Of a stretch of DNA of 64,000 bases, positions 42,067 through 52,010 are shown in pieces. Source of the DNA: Aureliella sp. (GTDB lineage Bacteria; Planctomycetota; Planctomycetia; Pirellulales; Pirellulaceae). The DNA lies in contig OY829846.1 in assembly GCA_963691875.1 (NCBI GenBank), forward strand, positions 1,056,001 through 1,120,000, in the 5' to 3' direction. Positions within the stretch are counted from its first letter, which is position 1. Each line of letters opens with the position of its first letter. Under the pieces are notes generated by a model, which did not search any database, had not been told where the DNA came from, and was given only the letters and a program-made list of their open reading frames with translations. Both the position numbers and the translations under genes were made by a program.

Positions 42067-42588
42067 TTAGCTCAATTTAGCCTTGATGGACTCCACAGTT
42101 GGACGGTCGTGTGGTTCGGAGCTTACATAGTGCACCCGCACGATTCCATGAGGATCGATCAAAACGTCCCCACCAAGCTGTCGAAAGTCTTCTCCAAACC
42201 TCCCAAGCTTTGTACCTCCGAGCATCAGCCGCAGGTGCTTCCAGGCGTTCGTAGGCCCGAAAGTGTCCCACCAACTCGCTTCCCCCATTCCGTAGGACCG
42301 GTAAAGCCTTCGCTGCCGATCAATCAGAATTGGCCACTTCAGTTCGTCCGCCAAGGAATAACTGCGGGCCAGATCGGGCGAGTCAAAAGTGACGATCGCG
42401 ACAGACACTTTTCGAGAATCGAAGAATTCCGCTTCCTGCCGCAACTGCGTCAGATGATGCCTGCACGGCAGTCAACCAAGATGACGGTGAAAAACGAGGA
42501 GAAGCCAACGACCGCGAAAATCACTTTTGCTCAAGCTTTCGCCAGTCGCCGTTGGCAAATCAAAGTCTGTGGCGGGCTTACCCAGCAT
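42067..42588 (-). CDS. Probable selenoprotein, AhpC/TSA (peroxiredoxin-like) family, UxxC motif
   Basis: ATG at 42588 gives MLGKPATDFDLPTATGESLSKSDFRGRWLLLVFHRHLG-TGA(42472-42474)-LPCRHHL, continuing in frame into ORF 42067-42444 (..QLGGDVLIDPHG..HDRP). A hairpin follows the TGA directly. Confidence 0.8.
42436..42471 (-). promoter_or_regulatory. Candidate bacterial SECIS stem-loop
   Basis: In the mRNA after UGA, CUGCCGU (nt 1-7) pairs with GCGGCAG (nt 30-36). An upper CU-GACGC-AG loop is possible. Confidence 0.55.
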
Positions 42589-42750
42589 AATTCTTATCAA
42601 AAGGAGTTCGGTGAGCCGGATTCAGGCAAATTGCAACTGCGCAGCGTTTGGATCACACTATGTTTCCTTAGTAGAGCCGTGGCGACAAGTCCCAGGTGCG
42701 ATGGCGTCATGTAGAAAATACTGTCGCGTTGGTCGCCATAAACCACTGCT

Positions 42751-44238
42751 GTGAATCATGAGCCCGAACTTTCCCGCCTTGTTTCCTTCACGAGCCCACA
42801 TCAAATGAACAAGTCATCTTGGATCACTCGCAATGCTGTTTTCCTTTCCGTCATGCTAAGTTTATCGGCATCGGCACAGGAAAGTACTTTGCCACGAATC
42901 GCTCTGACCGAAGCCCCAAAAAACGATGCCGACTATTCCTTGATGGGGGAGTTTGTGGGTCCGATCTCAGTCGGAGAGAACAAGTATGCTCCTCTGGGAC
43001 TGCAAATCCGACCGATCGGCAATGGGCTCTTTGAAGCACTGCAGTACACCGGTGGTCTTCCAGGGCAGAAGACCCTCGCCCAGAAAGATCCACTCAAATT
43101 GGTGGGGACTCGCAGTGGTGACTTGCTGATCCTTTCTGGCGGACCCTGGGCGATTTTCGTGGAAAAGGATGGATGTCTGATCGTAGATCGCAAAGGGAAT
43201 AAGGTTGGTCGGCTGGAACGTATCAAGCGTGGAAGTCCGACAATGGGTGCCGAGGCGCCCGCAGGTGCAACCGTGCTTTTCGACGGCTCCGGAACGGATC
43301 AGTTCACCACCGCGCAGATGACAAAAGAAGGCTTATTGATGGAAGGGGCCGATACGCGTCCGATGTTCCAAGACTTCAACCTACATGTCGAGTTCCGATT
43401 GCCTTACATGCCCAACTCCGAGGGGCAAAAGCGCGGCAACTCAGGCTGCTATTTGCAAAGTCGCTATGAAGTGCAAGTGCTCGACTCTTTTGCTACAACG
43501 CCGGTATTCAACGGCTGCAGCGCTCTTTATCGCTTCAAGTCACCCGACTTGAACATGTGCTTGCCGCCTCTTCAATGGCAAACCTACGATATCAAGTTTA
43601 CTGCACCGCGTTGGGGCGCCGATGGGAAGAAAATTCGCAATGCCCGAATCACGGTTTGGCAAAACGGTGTGAAAACGCAGGACGACGTGGAATTGCCCAA
43701 CAAGACCGGCGCGGGCAAAGTCGAGGAGCCAACGCTGCTACCAATCCGATTCCAAAATCACAGCGATCCCGTTCGCTATCGCAACATCTGGGTTGTCGAT
43801 CGCGGCTTGGTGAGTACTGGATTTCCGGTTTACCCCAAAGTCTTGACCGAGGCAGAGAAAAAAGCCGTCGCAAAGAAAGCGAGAATTGCCAAAGCTCAAG
43901 CTGCAAAGAAAGCGGAGCAGGAACAGAAGAAAGCGAAAGTCAAGGAGCAGGCCGAGATGAAGAAGCAGGCTGAATTGAAAAAACAGGCTGCGGAGAAAGC
44001 CAAAGCAGAGATAAAGAAGGCAGCTGATGCGAAAGCACGGGCCGCGGCAGAAGGGAGAAAGCAATCTGCTGCACCTGCAACACCCAAACCACCCACTCCG
44101 CCAGGCAAGAAAAAGCCTGAACCCGTTAAAAAGAAAGCCGCGTCAGCCAAGAAAGCACCTGCCAAGAAAGAGCTCGGCACCGTCTCAACACCTGACTTAG
44201 GCAACCCGCCATCTCCTAAAACTACCAAGGCAGCCTAG
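42751..44238 (+). CDS. DUF1080 (3-keto-disaccharide hydrolase-like) protein with Lys/Ala/Pro-rich tail
   Basis: Signal peptide; LFDG, LHVEFR, GNSGCYLQSRYEVQVLDS and FQNHSDPVRYRNIW. True start may be the ATG at 42805. Confidence 0.87.
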   Translation: MNHEPELSRLVSFTSPHQMNKSSWITRNAVFLSVMLSLSASAQESTLPRIALTEAPKNDADYSLMGEFVGPISVGENKYAPLGLQIRPIGNGLFEALQYTGGLPGQKTLAQKDPLKLVGTRSGDLLILSGGPWAIFVEKDGCLIVDRKGNKVGRLERIKRGSPTMGAEAPAGATVLFDGSGTDQFTTAQMTKEGLLMEGADTRPMFQDFNLHVEFRLPYMPNSEGQKRGNSGCYLQSRYEVQVLDSFATTPVFNGCSALYRFKSPDLNMCLPPLQWQTYDIKFTAPRWGADGKKIRNARITVWQNGVKTQDDVELPNKTGAGKVEEPTLLPIRFQNHSDPVRYRNIWVVDRGLVSTGFPVYPKVLTEAEKKAVAKKARIAKAQAAKKAEQEQKKAKVKEQAEMKKQAELKKQAAEKAKAEIKKAADAKARAAAEGRKQSAAPATPKPPTPPGKKKPEPVKKKAASAKKAPAKKELGTVSTPDLGNPPSPKTTKAA

Positions 44239-44394
44239 CCTCTGTTGAACAATACAGAAATCGAACGAGCGGATTTGAGCAGCCGCCGGTTCGGTAGATT
44301 ATTGTCCCGAGTAATGCGGAATGGGCACGATACCAATTCCGTATACTTACGCAATAACAGACGCCTCATGGCGATGCGGCTCAGCCCCAAAAAC

Positions 44395-44913
44395 CTAGCT
44401 GGCCTCTAAGACAGGCGGCTTGCGGAATCGCCAAAAGATCCAGCCGCAGCAACCAAAGATAGCCACCATATAGAACACGATCAGAAACGCTGTTGAGGTC
44501 GTGTCTAGGGCTGCCTTCTGCATGTTCGCCTGGAAAGTCAGCCAGTTGACCCCAATCAATAGCAACTGAGTCGCAATGGAAATCCAGACAAGGATTACTT
44601 CCATGTACCGCATCGACGACTCGCGTCGATCCTCGTGGAGCCAGTACTCGCGATGCGGAATGTTGACAAGCTTCACGGGCATGAAGCGAGTCAAGTAGGT
44701 GACGCCTACCAAGAAAACTGGTGTTCCGATGGTAAGCCCTAGCATCATTATGGTGAATGCAGCCTTGGACATAACGCCGTCTGGCTCTCCGCCCCTACCA
44801 AAGTGTGAGGCGACCTCCTCTGGCAGTTTCGGAAACTGCCAAGCAATCTGTCCCAAAGCCCAAAGCATCGCTACGGCAAGTACGGAATATGCTGCGACTC
44901 GACTGCTCATCAA
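44395..44913 (-). CDS. DUF1648-type membrane protein
   Basis: LPEEVASHFGRGGEPDG motif, NIPHREYW and four TM helices. Confidence 0.8.
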   Translation of the reverse strand: MMSSRVAAYSVLAVAMLWALGQIAWQFPKLPEEVASHFGRGGEPDGVMSKAAFTIMMLGLTIGTPVFLVGVTYLTRFMPVKLVNIPHREYWLHEDRRESSMRYMEVILVWISIATQLLLIGVNWLTFQANMQKAALDTTSTAFLIVFYMVAIFGCCGWIFWRFRKPPVLEAS

Positions 44914-44917
44914 CTCT

Positions 44918-46408
44918 CTACTTCTTCTTTGCCCACCAGTTGTCCCAAGCCTTGCTCAATTGGGCCACTTTCTTAGGCTGCTGGGGCGCGAGATCCTTCA
45001 ATTCCACTGGATCTTGAGACAGGTCATAAAGTTGCCAATTGCTGCTAGCATGCTTGACCAGTTTCCAATTCTCGTTCCGAATTGCTTTGGATTTTCCGAA
45101 CTGCCAACAGATGGGCCAAGGTCGTATTTTCAAGTTACCATCCAGCACATCCAACAAGGAATGACCAGACATCTCTGGTCGCGGTTCTTGGCCAGCAAGA
45201 TCTAGAAACGTGGCGGTAAAATCCACCAAATGGCCAACATGATTTGTCATCGAATTCTTCTCAATCCGCCCAGGCCAGTATGCGATCATCGGAGTGCGGA
45301 TCCCACCTTCGAAGTCGGTCGTTTTATACATTCTAAATGGAGTGTTGGACGCATTCGCCCACGGGCGGCCTTGGGTAAGGTAGCTGGTGACCTCCCATGG
45401 CATGCTGCCTTTAACCGTTGAACGATCTTTGGAATCATTGCAAGCCCCGTTATCGGACAGGAAAAAAATGACAGTGTTCTCCGACTTGCCGCTGTCTTCT
45501 AACTGCCTGCGCAAACGCCCAATGTTTCGGTCCATCCGATCAATCATGGCCGCGTAGCTCGCCATTCTCAGATCCCACCAATCGCGATCGTCTTCGGATA
45601 TAGAATCCCAAGCAGGAACAGCAGGATCGCGAGGCGAGAGTGATGCTCCCTCCGGCAGAATCCCTAGTTGCTTCTCGCGTGCATACCGTTGCGAACGCAA
45701 TTTATCCCAGCCAATGTCCTTGTACTTGCCCCGATACTTGGCTACATCTTCTTTACTTGCATGCAGTGGGTAGTGCGGCGCGGTGTAAGCCAGATAAAGG
45801 AGAAATGGCTTCGTGTCCTCCTCGTAATCCTTGAGAAATTGAATTGCATTGTCGGTGAAGGCATCGGTGGTGTAGAAGCTCGTCGAATCAGGCGTGAACG
45901 GCAAGAACTTCTTATCGTCGATAGCCCATCTACGAATTTTCTTCTTTGCTGGCTCCGGCTCGCCGGGCCGAGCATGGCCTGGATTCCAGAAATTGCAGCA
46001 ACCGTCAGTCAGCCCGTAGTAGCGATCAAAACCACGCTCGAAGGGAGTCTGGCCTGCGTGCCACTTGCCCGCCATCAACGTTCGATAACCGGCTTCCCGC
46101 ATCAATTCGCCGAACGTTGGCGCCGCGTACTTCACCGTCGCCGAAGCGCCTACCTCGTGCCACCAACGCCCCGTTAGTAGCGATGCACGCGTGTGCTCGC
46201 ACTTTGCGTTGTTATAAAAGGTACGAAAACGCATTCCGCCCTCGGCGAGCGCGTCCAAGTTCGGCGTCTCAATCTCGCCGCCATAGCAGCCAATGTCAGA
46301 GCAGCCCATGTCATCGCACATAATGAGGATGATGTTGGGTCGATCATCTGCCTGCGCGAACTGAGGCGCAAGGCAGAGTAGGCTTAAGAGCACTGCGGTT
46401 CGATGCAC
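44918..46408 (-). CDS. Arylsulfatase (formylglycine-dependent)
   Basis: Signal peptide; RPNIILIMCDDMG, CEHTRASLLTG, GKWH, APHYP, SDNG, EGGIRTP and LYDLSQDPVE. Confidence 0.92.
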   Translation of the reverse strand: MHRTAVLLSLLCLAPQFAQADDRPNIILIMCDDMGCSDIGCYGGEIETPNLDALAEGGMRFRTFYNNAKCEHTRASLLTGRWWHEVGASATVKYAAPTFGELMREAGYRTLMAGKWHAGQTPFERGFDRYYGLTDGCCNFWNPGHARPGEPEPAKKKIRRWAIDDKKFLPFTPDSTSFYTTDAFTDNAIQFLKDYEEDTKPFLLYLAYTAPHYPLHASKEDVAKYRGKYKDIGWDKLRSQRYAREKQLGILPEGASLSPRDPAVPAWDSISEDDRDWWDLRMASYAAMIDRMDRNIGRLRRQLEDSGKSENTVIFFLSDNGACNDSKDRSTVKGSMPWEVTSYLTQGRPWANASNTPFRMYKTTDFEGGIRTPMIAYWPGRIEKNSMTNHVGHLVDFTATFLDLAGQEPRPEMSGHSLLDVLDGNLKIRPWPICWQFGKSKAIRNENWKLVKHASSNWQLYDLSQDPVELKDLAPQQPKKVAQLSKAWDNWWAKKK

Positions 46409-46420
46409 GTGTATATACTC

Positions 46421-47221
46421 CTACTGAATCTCGCCGATGGTGGAAGCCCCAATAGCCGCAGGGCCTCGTGTTGTTTGCTGCTGCTTGCGTTTCAGCATGG
46501 CTTCGATTTTCTTCCGCTCAGATGCCAAAACATCTGCTCGAAGCGGCTCTGGCTTCACCGGAGTTTTGTCTAGCTGATCCGAATCAGTAAGTGCCTTGAG
46601 TCGAATGTTTCTATACCAAACTGGATCACCGTGATCTTGCAAGCTCAGCTTGGCTCCTCGTGCGGATAGGTCGCCACCTCGAGCCATCAGCATCTTGACG
46701 TTATAGGAGTACTTCTTGTTCGTGTAGTCAAAATCAACGACTTTCTCATTGTTGAGCCAATGCTGTATGACGGTACCTTTACAGACGATTCGTCCGTAAT
46801 TCCACTCTCCTGCGGGCTTCGTCGCGTCATGCGATGGTTGCATGCAAAAGTAAAGCGAGGCGGCACTAGTCCTCGGATTCTTGCCATCTTGATGTTTTTT
46901 GTTGTCCAGAATCTGATACTCATACTGCCCGGGCCGATAGTACACGCCGCTGTTGCTTCCCTCCGCGACTTTCCATTCGAAACGAAGTTCGAAGTCGTCC
47001 GGAATCGCGGCTGCTTCGTAGACCAAGCTTCCACCGCGGTCAGTCCGAGTGATCACGCCGTTTTCAACGGCCCAATTTCCCTTGTGCTTCCAGCCGTCCA
47101 AGTTGCCACCATCGAACAAGCTCTTGAAGCCCTCATCGTTAGCTGATTTGGAGGTCTGAGCGATTGCGGAGTGATTGAGCAAGAACACCGCAAGCGCTAC
47201 AAGGCTTACTCGGCATAGCAT
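46421..47221 (-). CDS. DUF1080 domain protein
   Basis: Signal peptide; LFDGGNLDGW, NSGVYY, EYQILD and LQDHGDPVWYRNIR. Confidence 0.88.
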   Translation of the reverse strand: MLCRVSLVALAVFLLNHSAIAQTSKSANDEGFKSLFDGGNLDGWKHKGNWAVENGVITRTDRGGSLVYEAAAIPDDFELRFEWKVAEGSNSGVYYRPGQYEYQILDNKKHQDGKNPRTSAASLYFCMQPSHDATKPAGEWNYGRIVCKGTVIQHWLNNEKVVDFDYTNKKYSYNVKMLMARGGDLSARGAKLSLQDHGDPVWYRNIRLKALTDSDQLDKTPVKPEPLRADVLASERKKIEAMLKRKQQQTTRGPAAIGASTIGEIQ

Positions 47222-47641
47222 AGATATGTTCACTGGAAGTACCCTTTGCAGAAGTGGGACAGACACGAGTTCGAGATCACCGCAACGTTCACGCGAGCAG
47301 CGACCTCGTAACCGACAAGACATGGAGATTAATCAGTATAGACTTCCAGCGACTAACTTGCTGGCTTTGTGTCGCCAGTTTAAGCGGCAATCACTGTCTC
47401 ACATTGGTGCGGCGAGCCGTTCCCGCCGACTTTGGAGGGAACCAGGAAAGCACTGGCCCGTGCTAGCGATTTGTTGTTTTAGTCAGCCGCATCGCTGTGA
47501 GGCATAGGGCGTTTCGCGAGTTAGCGAAGTGACCGCGGCCCCTCCGCGTTAATGCAGCATTACCAACGGAAGAACGGACCGGTGGTGCCGTCGGCCCGAT
47601 GCTTAGCACTCTTGCAAGCAAATTACCGATCGGTTGGAAGC

Positions 47642-48619
47642 CTACCCCGCTGCGTCCACTTTGGATTTTACAACCGAAAAGGCATCGCCTTGGTAGCTGT
47701 CGCGCCGCTGCATAATGTCCTTGAGAGTCTGGATAATGGTGCCCTTGCCAAGACACCAATCTGGCGCGACCAGATTGGTCGGAGGTGCGTCTCCTGAAAT
47801 GCGCTCGATCACCATCCAAGGTGGCAGCAGTTCCAAGAAGTCCGCGAGCACCTCCAAGTACTCGTCCATCTCCATCAGTTTGACTTCGCCACTACGAACT
47901 TGCTCGGCGAGCTTTGTGCGTTCGACAGCGTACAAGTTGTGAATCTTGACTCCTTCAACATTCCACTCTGCAACTTGCCGCGCAGTATCCATCATCATTG
48001 CGTGGGTTTCGGCTGGCAGCCCGAGCATGATGTGCAAACTCAACTCAAAGTTCCGTCCCTGGCATCTTTCAATTGCGTCTACCGCTGCATCATGGTGGTG
48101 CCCGCGATTCATCCAATCCAAGCTAGCGTTGTGAATCGTCTGAACACCGAGTTCCAATGACACGTAGGTGTTTTCCGCATACTCGTCCACGAGATCCAAA
48201 ACATCATCCGGCACACAATCGGGACGAGTGCCAATGATCAGTCCTACGACTCGTTCATCTTCCAACGCCGTATCCCAGAGGATGCGCAGTTTATCGAGCG
48301 GTCCGTAGGTATTGGTGGCGGGCTGGAAGTAGGCGATAAACTTCTCGCTATCGTAACGTCGCCTGAGTCCAGTGATTCCGCGTTCGATCTGAGACTGAAT
48401 GGCATCGCGCCGAACTCGACGGCTAGGACTAAATGCTTTGTTGTCGCAAAAAGTACAGCCACCTGTCGCAACCGTTCCGTCTACATTGGGACATGTGAAG
48501 CCACCATCCAGGCTTATTTTCTGGACTCGCGTACCAAAGAGGTGCTGGTAATACACCTTCAAGGGAAAATAGCGATGCCCGAGTGATTTCCAGTCAATAT
48601 CCTGGTTGCTTCCCGCCAT
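47642..48619 (-). CDS. Radical SAM protein, YhcC/TIGR01212 type
   Basis: GFTCPNVDG..GGCTFC, AYFQPATNTY, GTRPDC, ELGVQT and VKIHNL. Confidence 0.9.
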   Translation of the reverse strand: MAGSNQDIDWKSLGHRYFPLKVYYQHLFGTRVQKISLDGGFTCPNVDGTVATGGCTFCDNKAFSPSRRVRRDAIQSQIERGITGLRRRYDSEKFIAYFQPATNTYGPLDKLRILWDTALEDERVVGLIIGTRPDCVPDDVLDLVDEYAENTYVSLELGVQTIHNASLDWMNRGHHHDAAVDAIERCQGRNFELSLHIMLGLPAETHAMMMDTARQVAEWNVEGVKIHNLYAVERTKLAEQVRSGEVKLMEMDEYLEVLADFLELLPPWMVIERISGDAPPTNLVAPDWCLGKGTIIQTLKDIMQRRDSYQGDAFSVVKSKVDAAG

Positions 48620-48770
48620 AACTTGCTCAAAATTGACGATAGTACTCAAAGCGCGTATTCTGAATGAACCGTTCCCTACCGAAAGTGGGGAAATTGCTCT
48701 TTGACCAACAGGTCTTGATGAGAATGCGCTGCCGGAGTTTCTTGCCTCTGTTGATCGTGGGACGTCCACC

Positions 48771-49217
48771 ATGTCTGAAAACGAAGTTTACTACGGCGAA
48801 TTAGTTCCAAGCGGTGGTGGCGACAATATCGTCCTCACCAAGGAAAAGCTAATAATCGGTCGGCGCGAAACCTGCGACATCGTACTTCGTTTCTCCAATG
48901 TCTCCGGGCAACATGCCCGAATGAACTTGGAACAAGGATACTGGTTTCTGAAAGATCTTGGCAGTCGAAATGGCACCAAAGTCAATGGTTACAAGATCTC
49001 GCGAAAGCGATTGGATCCTGGTGCCGTCATTTCCATTGCCAAACATACCTTCACAATGGAATACAATCCCGAAGACCTTGGAGCCTTCGGACCTCCACCA
49101 GCCGATGACGACCAAATTGAAGAAGTCTTGCGACGTGGATTAATGGATCGAGCAGGACTCGCACGACGAGATCAGTCGAATCGCTTCCAGAATCGCAACT
49201 TGGCCGACGACGATTGA
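48771..49217 (+). CDS. FHA domain protein
   Basis: IGRRETCDI, VSGQHA and DLGSRNGTKVNG. Confidence 0.9.
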   Translation: MSENEVYYGELVPSGGGDNIVLTKEKLIIGRRETCDIVLRFSNVSGQHARMNLEQGYWFLKDLGSRNGTKVNGYKISRKRLDPGAVISIAKHTFTMEYNPEDLGAFGPPPADDDQIEEVLRRGLMDRAGLARRDQSNRFQNRNLADDD

Positions 49218-49782
49218 TCTCGGCTTGCACCACGAGCCCACTAAGCTCGTCATGGCGGGCTATCGGCAGGGCTTCGGAATGTGCCGGGGTAGCAGTCTAA
49301 ATGCATGCAAATTTTTGCTGCTGAATAGTGCAAGTGGTTGGCTGGAATCATTTCAGATCGTCGACTTGGCTCACTTTTCGTGCTGTCGAGGTTCCCAGCG
49401 CAAAGCGATTGCGTTAACTCGTTAGGTTTCCGCAACTCCCGGGCAGAATTCGCCGCTAATATTTGCTTACTGAAGGACCGCCGGCAACAGACACTCCATT
49501 GTCAAAGATGGCATCCCCGAGCAAAACAATATGACATCTCATTCCACATGATCTCCGTTTTGAAGTCTTGAAGGTCGGCTCGAAGGTAGGCATCGCACAC
49601 GCTACTAACTTTCTGGATCCACCAGAAAGATCAAGTCAGATTTTCAATCAATGAGCTAAAAAGCAAGCCGCGGGCCAGTGTTTTTTGGTGCAGCCGGACG
49701 CAAACTCTTGGATCCCCTAGATTCAAGAACTTGTTTGGATGAATCCCGACTTCTGGCAAGCCCCATGGCGTTTCCGAAGAAT

Positions 49783-51042
49783 CTAGCTAAGCAATTGCCA
49801 AAGCTTCCAGCAATTCAAGGCACAGATGAGCAGAACGACGCCGGCCGCGACAGCCAATTGCAGCGGATGAAAGCGAGCAGTGTTCTTTCCCTCATGCTCG
49901 CTGCTCAATCGCAGCACTGCAACCAGCAGTAGAACTGCAATCAATGGCATCAGCAATCCGTTGGCGAATTGAGCGATAAAGATAGTTTCCTCGGGCGCTC
50001 CTCCCAAGCCAAGAATAAAGGCTGTCGCGATCAATACCACGGTGACAGCGATGCACCGAAACGCCCCGGACTTTTCTCGTATATCCCACCCCGCTACTCC
50101 GCAAACAGCATAGCTAGTCGCCAGAGGAGCTGTGATGGAACTGGTAAACCCAGCCGCGAACAGTCCGGCAGCAAAAGCAAAAACCGAGAAGTTCCCCAAG
50201 ACTGGCTGCAATTGCGCTGCGATATCTTGTACCCTCTTCAACTCTTGTTCCGACTCAAAGAATGCCGAGGAAGCGGTCATCAGAATCGATGCGGTGACCA
50301 AACCACCAAGACTAATCGCAAATATCGTGTCCCAGCGGGCTTGCCGAAGCCCTAATTGCATGTCGCAATCAGACCAGTTCTTCGCAACGCTGCTTGAATG
50401 GAGAAACAAATTGTAAGGCACAATAGTAGTTCCAATCAAAGCGATGATTGTGCCGAGTTTCCCCGCATCCAAACTTGGGATCAGGCCCGCAGCAATTTCG
50501 CTGAGGCTAGGTGGAGAGAGACAGGCTGTGAGCAAAAACGTCAAACTCAAGAATGCAACCAAAGATATCAACACATTTTGCAATACGCGGTAGCTGCCAA
50601 TCATCATCAACGCGACGGTTAGTCCAGCAATGATGGACACCCAGAGCGGACCTGTTCCCCCCGCAACGGCCGACAGTCCGCTTGCAGCACCGAATAGGTT
50701 ACCAGCTTGATAAAAAGCGTTTCCCGCACCGACGGCAAGAATTACAAGCAAAAGCACGGGAAGAGCCCAAACGGTTCCACGCAACCATTCTCGCAAGTAA
50801 GCGCCGAGCCCGACGCCAGCAAGAATACCAAGTCGCGCCGCCAGCAGCTGCAAAACAATCGCTCCAAAGGATGCAAAAGCGATGCACCAAAGTAAATCGA
50901 GCCCGTGGCTCGCCCCCGCTTTGGAGGCAGTTAGGACTGTGCCAGGACCAATGAAGGCCGCCGCAACCAACAAGCCGGGTCCAAAACGCTTAGATTTTTT
51001 AATTGATGCAGTCGATTGCGATTCCATCACACTATCTTCCAT
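49783..51042 (-). CDS. Nramp/MntH-related divalent metal transporter
   Basis: GPGLLVAAAFIGPGTV, IGTTIVPYNLFLHS and about 11 TM helices. Confidence 0.88.
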   Translation of the reverse strand: MEDSVMESQSTASIKKSKRFGPGLLVAAAFIGPGTVLTASKAGASHGLDLLWCIAFASFGAIVLQLLAARLGILAGVGLGAYLREWLRGTVWALPVLLLVILAVGAGNAFYQAGNLFGAASGLSAVAGGTGPLWVSIIAGLTVALMMIGSYRVLQNVLISLVAFLSLTFLLTACLSPPSLSEIAAGLIPSLDAGKLGTIIALIGTTIVPYNLFLHSSSVAKNWSDCDMQLGLRQARWDTIFAISLGGLVTASILMTASSAFFESEQELKRVQDIAAQLQPVLGNFSVFAFAAGLFAAGFTSSITAPLATSYAVCGVAGWDIREKSGAFRCIAVTVVLIATAFILGLGGAPEETIFIAQFANGLLMPLIAVLLLVAVLRLSSEHEGKNTARFHPLQLAVAAGVVLLICALNCWKLWQLLS

Positions 51043-51063
51043 GATTGAAGCTCAAGCCTCGGC

Positions 51064-51768
51064 CTATTTGCCAATGATTCCTATGGCAGCTTTTGCCATT
51101 CTTCGGCCGAACTCCTTGTAGCCTTCACCAGAGTAGTGCAGATCGTTCTTGATATCTTTGCCACCTCGGTTCTTCCCGTCGTTCAGATCGTCAGTGTTAA
51201 TCCACGCAAAGTTAGGCTTCGACTCTCCGATTTTGACCTGGATATCACGAATCTTCGTCCAATCGGGATAGCGTTTGTTCTCCATATCAAAATCACTGAG
51301 CCGGCCAATAATAAAGGCAATATCCTTGCGTTTCAGATCGTCACAAAGCTGCTTGTGCAGACCGCGTAAACTGGCCTCATAAACATCGCCATTCTTTCGA
51401 CGAGCATCGTTTTCGCCTTGCATCCAGAAGAAAGAAATCGATGCAAGCTTCTGGCCCTTGATGGCAGGATTGACCTTGTTCATCAGGCGATCATACAAGT
51501 CGCCGGTCTTCTCAGGCGCCTTGCCAGCTGAGTCCAGAAAGTCCTTGTACCAGCGTAGAATTGGTTGACCGCCTTGAGCATCCTGAATCACGATCACATT
51601 CTCTTTGCCAAATGCCTCTTCGACAGCAGGAGTGAAAGCTTCGTCGGGGCGGTGGCCCTGCATGTTGGATTGCCCAGACAAAATGAACAAGTGCTTGCCA
51701 TCCTGAGCAAAACTCGTAGTGCAGCAGGCGAAGAGCAGCATAGTAATGGGAGCGGCAGGAATCTTCAC
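51064..51768 (-). CDS. SGNH carbohydrate esterase (sialate O-acetylesterase/CE6-like), secreted
   Basis: LSGQSNM, WMQGENDA and DLHY motifs plus a signal peptide. Start codon uncertain. Confidence 0.85.
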   Translation of the reverse strand: MKIPAAPITMLLFACCTTSFAQDGKHLFILSGQSNMQGHRPDEAFTPAVEEAFGKENVIVIQDAQGGQPILRWYKDFLDSAGKAPEKTGDLYDRLMNKVNPAIKGQKLASISFFWMQGENDARRKNGDVYEASLRGLHKQLCDDLKRKDIAFIIGRLSDFDMENKRYPDWTKIRDIQVKIGESKPNFAWINTDDLNDGKNRGGKDIKNDLHYSGEGYKEFGRRMAKAAIGIIGK

Positions 51769-52010
51769 GGCTTCACCCTTTTTTGAATCTTGGAAACGAC
51801 TGGGATACTGGCGGGGCCTAGTAAACAACGAAGGGAATAGCTTAACCGATCCGGCGACATTTTGAGCCTGGACACGAAAATTGACTTTCATAGGAATTTT
51901 GTAAAAGACTTTGCTAATAAACTGCGCGCAACTGCGTCATTGAAGTAGTGGATCTTGCGAGATTGAGCATTGCTGATCTTTTCAATAGCTGGCAGACCGA
52001 AAGGGGCTAC

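Noticed and set aside
42046..42714. 222-aa plus-strand ORF
   Set aside because: It is the antisense shadow of the AhpC/TSA selenoprotein candidate and has no recognisable motifs.
43850..44230. Lys/Ala-rich low-complexity DNA as a repeat element
   Set aside because: Explained by the low-complexity tail of the DUF1080 protein.
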